From a virus (Duplodnaviria > Heunggongvirae > Uroviricota > Caudoviricetes): a stretch of 19,251 nt of DNA. Location of the stretch: positions 2,827-22,077 of IMG/VR virus record IMGVR_UViG_3300037067_008629; one strand, written 5' to 3'. Position 1 is the stretch's first letter. The number at the start of each line of letters is the position of its first letter. The notes under the pieces were generated by a model, which did not search any database, was not told the DNA's origin, and was given only the letters and a program-made list of their open reading frames with translations. The position numbers and the translations under genes were made by a program. Of the stretch, positions 7,332 to 14,500 are shown piece by piece.

Positions 7332-7673
7332 TTAATTTGCTAAACTAAAAATTTCCTCAAAAACGCGAGAAACCTTAACTGGTCCATGGACCAAGATAGC
7401 CTGTAATACTCTATCCATAATATAACATTTTAAAGAGGTTGTAAAATGTGTGTTATTAGGGCCACCTACAAAATTTATCATCATCGGTGATGTATCAATA
7501 TTATGTGTGCCCATCTTATAAAACTGAACAAGTTTTCTTAAGGTACATTTACCTTGCTTACCAATAATGATAAATTCATCACCAGTCATTTCCAGTGAGT
7601 TTAACAAGATATAGGCGTCCACTAGTATCATATCTGCCAGTAGATTCTCAATAGCCCACAAATGTCCTTTCAT
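7332..7673 (-). CDS. hypothetical protein
   Basis: 113-aa ORF with an ATGA overlap to the upstream gene. Confidence 0.7.
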   Translation of the reverse strand: MKGHLWAIENLLADMILVDAYILLNSLEMTGDEFIIIGKQGKCTLRKLVQFYKMGTHNIDTSPMMINFVGGPNNTHFTTSLKCYIMDRVLQAILVHGPVKVSRVFEEIFSLAN

Positions 7674-7936
7674 ATCGACAGCATCCTCGAATGATTATCA
7701 TAAGCATCCAATGCTGCTAAAACATTTGGAATTGATTCTTTGTACTCTGGATGGTCTTTTACTATATCAAGTAGCCAAATAGCACAGTCTCGTGCTGCGT
7801 TCATTAGATTTTTACCGACACCTTTGACACTAGGCTTATAGCAAGTCGATACCATATAGTGTCCGTTCGCTCGGATATCAACCCGAATGCCCCCTTGAGC
7901 TTGTGCTAAAGCATTTAGTAGTTCTGCTTCTCTCAT
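7670..7936 (-). CDS. hypothetical protein
   Basis: 88-aa ORF; ATGA overlap with the def stop and a promoter-family copy directly upstream. Confidence 0.7.
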   Translation of the reverse strand: MREAELLNALAQAQGGIRVDIRANGHYMVSTCYKPSVKGVGKNLMNAARDCAIWLLDIVKDHPEYKESIPNVLAALDAYDNHSRMLSI

Positions 7937-8340
7937 ACTATAATCCTAGCACATATTTCTTGGTTTGTCAAGTCCCACGGTAATTTTCCATTTAAATGAT
8001 CCATTTCATGCTGTATAATAAACGCTTGTTGCTCAGCAAATACCCCCTCAGAAGTACTAATACGATTATATCGTTTACGAGTATAATCTACATTAGGAAG
8101 ACTGAGACACCCTTCATCTACATTTACTTCTTCTGAATAGTCATAAATAACAAGATTCTGAAATACTTGACCCCATGAGGTTACAAATAAATGTGCATCT
8201 AAACCAACTTGATTCGCAGCTAAGGCTATTCCACCTGACTGCCCTAATAGTATAAACATTTGATTAATTGTCTTTTGAGAGACAACAGCCCGTTTACACT
8301 TCATTAATAGAGCAGGGTCTGGATAAGTCAGTATTTGCAT
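7933..8340 (-). CDS. def: peptide deformylase (compact phage type)
   Basis: Motif 1 GIALAANQVG, motif 2 EGCLS, motif 3 QHEMDHLNG. Confidence 0.93.
   Translation of the reverse strand: MQILTYPDPALLMKCKRAVVSQKTINQMFILLGQSGGIALAANQVGLDAHLFVTSWGQVFQNLVIYDYSEEVNVDEGCLSLPNVDYTRKRYNRISTSEGVFAEQQAFIIQHEMDHLNGKLPWDLTNQEICARIIV
7937..7971 (-). promoter_or_regulatory. sigma70-type promoter, family copy C; predicted leaderless start
   Basis: TTGACA (7971-7966), 17-nt spacer ending TGTGC, TAGGAT (7948-7943), 6 nt (TATAGT), then ATG 7936. Encoded in the def C-terminal tail LTNQEICARIIV*. Confidence 0.7.
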
Positions 8341-8374
8341 ATTATAATTATACCACAGATTTTACGGTTGTCAA
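8332..8374 (-). repeat. 43-bp direct repeat, copy 1 (promoter D plus ATG CAA ATA of def)
   Basis: Checked base by base: identical to 9641-9683, with mismatching flanks on both sides. Confidence 0.97.
8341..8374 (-). promoter_or_regulatory. sigma70-type promoter, family copy D; predicted leaderless def mRNA
   Basis: TTGACA (8374-8369), 16-nt spacer ending TGTGG, TATAAT (8352-8347), a second TATAAT, then ATG 8340. Confidence 0.85.
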
Positions 8375-8520
8375 ATAGGTTGCATTTTATGCTGTTCTCT
8401 ATATTGTTGAATATGTAATTTTATATACTCAAGATGATACCACCTTGCGTCAATTGGTGGCCTATCAACAAATTCTAATGCCGATAGGTTTACACACTGC
8501 CTTTTCAATTGGTATGCCAT
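8371..8520 (-). CDS. candidate 49-aa protein overlapping the 3' end of the repeat gene (absent from ORF track)
   Basis: MAYQLKRQCVNLSALEFVDRPPIDARWYHLEYIKLHIQQYREQHKMQPI*. SD AGAGGA 6 nt upstream; the TGA stop lies within the -35 of promoter D. Confidence 0.4.
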   Translation of the reverse strand: MAYQLKRQCVNLSALEFVDRPPIDARWYHLEYIKLHIQQYREQHKMQPI

Positions 8521-9598
8521 TATTTATCCTCTGTCTAAGCATAGTTGTTGTGACTTGACAACGTAAATCTCTTGATACTGAACCTAGGGATGGGAACCAT
8601 TCTCCCCAAACAAAAAACTTTTTCTGTCGGCCCACTGCTCTATTTACTGCTTCATGGAGTGGTATACCCCTCTGGATTCTACCTCTAAGATTATCTAGAG
8701 ATACTTGACAACGAGCATCTTCTGCAACACATCGTAAAGAAGGGAACTTTTTGTTCCAGACAAAAAATCCAACTGACTTAGCAACTGGCTTAGCAACTGG
8801 CTTAGCAACTATTGACCTATTTTTTACTCTATGGCAAAGTGTGGTATAGGATACTTGACAGCGTGGGTCCTTAGCAACTTCTGCTAAAGAAGAAAACCAT
8901 TCTCCCCAGACTAAAAACTTTTCTTTTTGAATATTCTTCTGAGTTGCTTCTTCAAGTGTCAATCCATTATGGAATCTACGCCAAAGTGTTGTAAAAGATA
9001 CTTGACAACGTGGGTCTATAGATATAGCTTTTAAAGAAGGAAACTCTTTTCCCCACACAAAAAATGTTTCTTTTTTAACTGCCTCTTCGATTGTAATATT
9101 TTGTTTCATTCTATGTTTCAAGGTATCATAGGTTACTTGACATCTTGAATCATTTGCAATTGCTGTTAAAGATGGAAACTGTTCCTCCCAAACTGTGTAA
9201 AATTTTCCTAATCTGCCTATCCTGGGATTAAGAGCTTCTTCAATAGATAATCCATACTTGAGCCGTTTATACAATTGTTTGCTTGTAATTTTACATCTTG
9301 AGTCATTTAATACTGCTGTAATTGATGGAAATTTTTCACCCCAAACAACACACTCTCTACGTCTATTTTGATTTTTTACAGCTTGCTCAATTGTAACACC
9401 TTTTTGGACTTTTTGACACAGAGTTATATAATGAACCTCACACCGGCTGTCTTTGGCAATAGCATTTAATGATGAAAACCATTCATTCCAAACAAAAAAT
9501 CTATTAACCTTTAATTGAGTACTTTTAACTTCAGTACTAGGAATAGTTGCACAAGGTATTTTCTGTAATAAATTATCAGGTATTTTAATCGCTGGCAT
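8465..9598 (-). CDS. tandem-repeat protein with seven ~45-50-aa HTH-like modules; putative DNA-binding protein
   Basis: Consensus F-x-V-W-G-x-x-F-P-S-L-x-x-V/I-x-x-D-x-R-C-Q-V-S/T-x-x-x-L-x-x-R-x-x-x-G-x-x-x-E-x-A-V occurs 7 times. The CQV codons recur at 135-150 bp spacing (8555, 8705, 8855, 9002, 9137). Confidence 0.85.
   Translation of the reverse strand: MPAIKIPDNLLQKIPCATIPSTEVKSTQLKVNRFFVWNEWFSSLNAIAKDSRCEVHYITLCQKVQKGVTIEQAVKNQNRRRECVVWGEKFPSITAVLNDSRCKITSKQLYKRLKYGLSIEEALNPRIGRLGKFYTVWEEQFPSLTAIANDSRCQVTYDTLKHRMKQNITIEEAVKKETFFVWGKEFPSLKAISIDPRCQVSFTTLWRRFHNGLTLEEATQKNIQKEKFLVWGEWFSSLAEVAKDPRCQVSYTTLCHRVKNRSIVAKPVAKPVAKSVGFFVWNKKFPSLRCVAEDARCQVSLDNLRGRIQRGIPLHEAVNRAVGRQKKFFVWGEWFPSLGSVSRDLRCQVTTTMLRQRINNGIPIEKAVCKPIGIRIC
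8777..8810 (+). repeat. 12-bp tandem repeat (about 2.8 copies) encoding VAKP VAKP VAKS
   Basis: cttagcaactgg cttagcaactgg cttagcaact. Confidence 0.95.
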
Positions 9599-9616
9599 AA
9601 TATTTTGCCTTATGAA

Positions 9617-9649
9617 TTATTTATCAAATACATGCACAAATATTTGCAT
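9617..9649 (-). other. 10-codon upstream mini-ORF MQIFVHVFDK
   Basis: Starts at the ATG inside repeat copy 2 and shares its first three codons with def. Ends TAA 9619-9617, 18 nt before the repeat-protein ATG. Confidence 0.55.
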
Positions 9650-9683
9650 ATTATAATTATACCACAGATTTTACGGTTGTCAA
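9641..9683 (-). repeat. 43-bp direct repeat, copy 2 (promoter E plus ATG CAA ATA)
   Basis: Identical to 8332-8374; offset 1,309 bp. Confidence 0.97.
9650..9683 (-). promoter_or_regulatory. sigma70-type promoter, family copy E
   Basis: Same sequence as copy D. Encoded by the last codons of the 9657..9947 gene (LTTVKSVV*), whose TAA lies in the -10. Confidence 0.85.
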
Positions 9684-9947
9684 GCGAACCCCAGGTAATA
9701 TCTTATCAGGAGAAATTCCATTAGGATCAGCAAGAAATATCCTTCTTAGGAATTGACTGGACCGGCCATTATTAGGCGTCTCAGGAAAAAGTGTAGCATA
9801 CCCAACACACACTCGTGGCTTCCTTGTCCGGCTTCTAGTTACTACAATCTTCTCAATTACTTTTATGTCTTTAAGCAGCACAAGCCAAACAATAGCGTCT
9901 TCATACTGATAGGCATTTGTTTGAACTAATCTAAATCCTTCTCTCAT
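9657..9947 (-). CDS. hypothetical protein
   Basis: 96-aa ORF with SD GGAG 6 nt upstream. Confidence 0.7.
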   Translation of the reverse strand: MREGFRLVQTNAYQYEDAIVWLVLLKDIKVIEKIVVTRSRTRKPRVCVGYATLFPETPNNGRSSQFLRRIFLADPNGISPDKILPGVRLTTVKSVV

Positions 9948-9948
9948 A

Positions 9949-10809
9949 TTAGACTCCTACTGGTGGACTAACATTATAACGACTATGTACAACACCTAAT
10001 TCACCCGACCCTCTTTGGTGTTGTGGAACCCAGAATCGACCATAGACTCCACGGCCAAACATTCCAGGACCATCTTCCTTATAATGCATAAAATGCCCAC
10101 GACAAATATGCAATCGTTGTTGAATATCAGTTGAAGTTGGATTTGGATTTCGTCTGATTGTCGTTGGCTGAATATTTATCGTATGGTAAGAAACTTGCGG
10201 TACTTTGGTTCTACGATACCATTTTGCTGGTTGTGCATATTCATCTGTATCGTCTTGAATGGTAACATTCTTGCAATTCATAAATGATAAAGTATGTGCA
10301 ATAACACATGGTATACTAAAGGAAGTATCTTTATTACGAACTACACCCAGTATACTACCATTTGAATCTAGGCCAATTACAAATTCGCATCCAATAGTTG
10401 AAATTCTATTATTGACAAAATGAAATACAAATCCGCGAAGTTCACATTGTGTCTCTGGAGGTAGATTCTTAGTTAAATGTTTATTGACTAGTACTAGAAG
10501 CACACCAACTTGCGATGTATTTTGTCCTGACTTTATACCCTCTATTGGATCATAATTATTAATCCACTCAATAAAACATGCTTCAAATGGAGGTTTACCA
10601 CATCCCTGTCTTATATCATAGGCACTCAAAGGCTTATCTGCTGGAAATAAATACTTCTCAATATTATCAGCTATAATTATAGGTAAAGTATTTTTTTGTA
10701 GTCCAGTTATAAAGCTATGCATAATTTTTTCCCAAGTTGGATTATCAGCCAATTCTTTGGGTTGAAACGTACTTTTTTGTAATAAAATTCTATCAGCTAA
10801 TCTCAACAT
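9949..10809 (-). CDS. conserved-looking phage hypothetical protein
   Basis: 286 aa with SD GGAG. The C-terminal RLHICRGHF.HY...FWVP.H.RG..E.G.V...Y motif is recognisable from uncharacterised phage proteins. Confidence 0.8.
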   Translation of the reverse strand: MLRLADRILLQKSTFQPKELADNPTWEKIMHSFITGLQKNTLPIIIADNIEKYLFPADKPLSAYDIRQGCGKPPFEACFIEWINNYDPIEGIKSGQNTSQVGVLLVLVNKHLTKNLPPETQCELRGFVFHFVNNRISTIGCEFVIGLDSNGSILGVVRNKDTSFSIPCVIAHTLSFMNCKNVTIQDDTDEYAQPAKWYRRTKVPQVSYHTINIQPTTIRRNPNPTSTDIQQRLHICRGHFMHYKEDGPGMFGRGVYGRFWVPQHQRGSGELGVVHSRYNVSPPVGV

Positions 10810-10810
10810 C

Positions 10811-11353
10811 TTAATCTCCTGTTATAATACACGAATACCAGATATTGTCCTTGCCTCTCGCCATATCGGCTCCAAAGTATTTATGTTTCTTTGAGGCTGT
10901 CTTCCAATGTCCAGGCGATTGTCTCCAAGAGGTAAACATTTCGGTCCCTAAATCAAACATGGAATCGTCTTTTTGACGTTCCCAAGATTCGGCAGCGATT
11001 TCCGAATAAGCATATTTTCCTAATGTTTTGTATAATTCTTCAACACGCTCTTGAAACTTTTGATGACCTTGTTGTCGATGGTCTGCCTGATATTTTGCAT
11101 GTCGGGCGGCCATTTCCATAAGTACTGGATTTTGTTCTGATTCACATACATGCGCACCTGCAAATACTTTACCGGCTTCGATTAAACCAATCTGACTTGG
11201 TGTCAATAAGCTAGGTATGATATTATAATCAGGTATGATATTGTAATCTGGCACATCCATCCATAGATGACTACAGTTTGAGCAACTGTAACTTGTTCTC
11301 AAACAGAATACAGAATTGACAAAACCACACTTTGGGCAGATTACATCTTTCAT
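10811..11353 (-). CDS. Zn-ribbon plus CAP (SCP-like) domain protein
   Basis: N-terminal CPKC...CSNC, followed by A.RHA.Y...H...EI.A...W..SPGH...FG..MA, the CAP-domain pattern. Confidence 0.7.
   Translation of the reverse strand: MKDVICPKCGFVNSVFCLRTSYSCSNCSHLWMDVPDYNIIPDYNIIPSLLTPSQIGLIEAGKVFAGAHVCESEQNPVLMEMAARHAKYQADHRQQGHQKFQERVEELYKTLGKYAYSEIAAESWERQKDDSMFDLGTEMFTSWRQSPGHWKTASKKHKYFGADMARGKDNIWYSCIITGD
11213..11248 (+). repeat. 18-bp tandem duplication encoding PDYNII twice
   Basis: aggtatgatattataatc / aggtatgatattgtaatc (1 mismatch). Confidence 0.9.
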
Positions 11354-11511
11354 TGAACTGCCTTTGAGGTTGCTTTGTAAACATCGGTCATCCCTTGATT
11401 ACCAATAGCCATACCACACAAAAAACTACCTCTTGTAATTCCCCAAAGAATTCCAAGACCCAGAATGGGTACTACATAACAAACCATCAAACATTTTAGA
11501 ATTATATTCAC
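11350..11511 (-). CDS. small membrane protein
   Basis: ORF track 11350..11553. GTG 11511 forms a GTGA overlap with the nrdJ stop; the N-terminal half is hydrophobic. Confidence 0.55.
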   Translation of the reverse strand: MNIILKCLMVCYVVPILGLGILWGITRGSFLCGMAIGNQGMTDVYKATSKAVQ

Positions 11512-14500
11512 GAGCAACCTCCTGAAGAACCACACCCATAACACAGGTAACAACTACCAACCCGTACACAGAGTTGGCCACAATTATCACAGATTGGTGC
11601 ATCTAGCGTACCAACTGAGGGACTATTTACATCTACTGGAATATTAGTTGTAAAATGATTTGCCAACCAGCGGAAAATATAATCAACAATTGACTTAGCA
11701 ATCTTTATATCTTTATTTTTCGTAAAGCCCATGGGCTCAAAACGTACATGAGTAAACTTATCAATAAATTCGCTCAGAGGTACACCATACTGTAGGCCAA
11801 TTGAAGTTGCCAGTCCAAAGCAATCAAATATACCGCCTAATGTACTCCCTTCTTTGGCTACTGATATAAAAATCTCTCCAGGTTTACCATCGGGATACAA
11901 ACCTACTGTGAAATAACCTTTATGGCCATCAATAGTAAACTTGTGTGTGATACTCTCCCGAGTATCAGGCAAACGATTCCGGATGCTAGTAGGGAGCAAT
12001 TCTTTCTTAATATTTAATGGCTGATAACCTTTGCTACCATCACGATAAATGGCCATTGACTTTAAACCTAGTTTCCAACCCAGCATATAAGCTTCTTGAA
12101 TATCGTCAATCGTTGAATCAGTTGGCATATTGATTGTCTTTGAGATTCCACCACTTAAAAATGGTTGTGCTGCTGCCATCATTTTTAGATGTGCTTGCCA
12201 AGGAATCTGATTATCTCCCAAGGAAGTTGCAAATACTTTTAATTCACTATTGGTTAAATACGGGTCTCCGATTAAAGTTTCAGTTGTTTCTAAGCGACTT
12301 AAAATACTTGTTTGTAGCTGTTCACTAATTCCTAAGGACCTCAGCCCCGCTTCTACAGATTGATTTACAAGCTTCAATGTACCACCACCAACAAGCGTCT
12401 TAGTTTTCACTAACGCAAGCTCTGGTTCAATTCCAGTTGTATCGCAATCCATTAGGAAACTAATGGTTCCAGTTGGAGCACAAAGAGTTACTTGCGAGTT
12501 ACGAAAGGACTTACAGACTAAAACTTCTTGCCATAAATTATCAGTGCCAATAGTTTGCGGATTTGCAGCAGCGTGCTTTTTTAATACTTTACCCATACTA
12601 ACTTTATCATAGGCTTCAAATGCTCCAAGTTCTTTCGCTATTTCTGCACTGGTCAAGTATGCCCTAGCAGTAAGAGTTGATGTAATCTTGCTGCAGAGTT
12701 GTCGCGATTCGTCCGAGTCATACGGTAACCCCATTGACATCAAAAGAGCACCAAGATTTGTAAATCCAAGACCTAATTGTCGGCAAGTATGTGCATTTCG
12801 GGCAATCTCTTCAAGTGGATAACTTGCCTGATCTACTAAGATATCTTGTGCAATAATAAGAATTCTTACAACTTTTTGAAACGTATCGTAATCAAATTGA
12901 CCATTCTTAAGAAATTTCAATAAGTTTATAGATGCCAAGTTACAGGCTGAACCGTTAGGTGCTAGAAATTCTGAATTATGCACCACAAGTCCATGTCTAT
13001 TACCAGAAGATGATACTACAAAATTATGTGTCCCTTCGACTTCCATATCATAGACTGGTACTCTTTTTTCTAAATGAATAAAGTCAACATTTTCGACTAC
13101 ATCATTTGTTAAATCTCTATTTTCATTAACCCATTGACAAAGTTCGGACCAACTTTGCCCTTGAATTGATTTACAATTAGCGGTGGGTAAGATATTGCTT
13201 AATTTCCATAGTTTTATATATTTATTCCAAAGAGCGGCACTAACATACCCATACATATCTTCAATAGTTTCATAGAATTCTACTAATGCTTCTGGTTCTA
13301 CATTAAGATAACGTGGATTATTCTTTCCCTTGGAATGCCCAGATAAATGTAAAAATTTTGATTTTAATTGTAAGTTTGAAAAACTATAGTTCTCAAGACT
13401 TTCATCAATATGATGGACGTGATAGTCATTAGAGACTGTGGTTCCTGTCGTCTGTTCATAAACAAAACGATGTAAATACTGACAACCATTAGGATGCTGT
13501 TTGGTACATTTATGATTTAACATTAAAACACCACGTCTACGTGGATTTTCTTTGATACTTAGTTTCTTGAGTCGATGCCCCGGCCTCAAATATTTTGCTT
13601 CTAATGTGTCTCCTTGGCGGGTGTAGAATAAATGTTCCGGCGTACAAGTTACAACAATACCCTTATTCGTAGTTACTTTAATTAAATTCTGTGTATATCC
13701 TGATCGCCAAATACGTTTTATTGTTTTTAGTACTGGTAAATTGGTGTCTAAATCATAGCTGAATACTTTTATATTATTTGCCCGCTTTTTAACCAGTTGA
13801 TTAAATGTTAGTTTACCTTCATTTGTGATGATTTCCGTGTCACCTGTGAAGCAACACGGATTTGAAGAATTGATTCTACCAACATGTGGTACAGTATTAT
13901 AATTATTGATAGTAGTTGAATACTGAACACCCGGATCACCACAGAGCCACGTACTCTCAGCAATCTTCTTCCATAAATCTCGTGCTTTAAATACTGGTCC
14001 ATTTTGTCCAGTAGTTACCCATTTAGTCACCCACTCCGTATCATTCTTAACAGCTTGCATAAATTCATCAGAAATTTGAATGCTAATATTCATATTCTGA
14101 TACATAACGGATTTTGCTGCCCGCTCTGGAGTTACACCACTCGCAATTAATAATCTTGCATGGGCTTCTTCTTCAGCTTTGCAGCTAATAAACTTATCAA
14201 TATCTGGGTGGTCAATGTTGAGACAATGTAACAATGCTGCCCTGCGAGTCCGACCTGCTGAAGTTACAACCTCTGCAACTTGGTCATAGATTCTCATAAA
14301 ACTAAGTGGACCAGATGAATGGCCACCGCCACTAATACCCTCGCATGTTGCACGTAATGGAGATAAGTTTGTACCTGTTCCAGAGCCAAACTTAAATAAC
14401 ATAGCATCGGTCTGAGCCAGGCCCATGATGCTATCCATATTGTCCTCAACGCCTTGGATAAAACAAGCAGAACCTTGTGGGTATTCAAATGGATTCTGAC

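Noticed and set aside
6423-7365. AATATG starts at 6423 and 7330 as additional promoter-family members
   Set aside because: Neither has a convincing -35 at 34-35 nt or a proper TAnnnT at the right spacing.
8440-8460. CCACC/GGTGG hairpin as an intrinsic terminator of the repeat gene
   Set aside because: The stem is short, there is no following U-tract on the minus strand, and it lies inside a candidate ORF.
8555-9142. Five plus-strand TTGACA hexamers and a plus-strand TGTGGTATAG inside the repeat gene, as possible antisense promoters or a CRISPR-like array
   Set aside because: They derive from the conserved C-Q-V codons of the protein repeats. Only one has a passable -10 (TAGCTT) at 17 nt, and the periodicity is protein-level rather than repeat-spacer.
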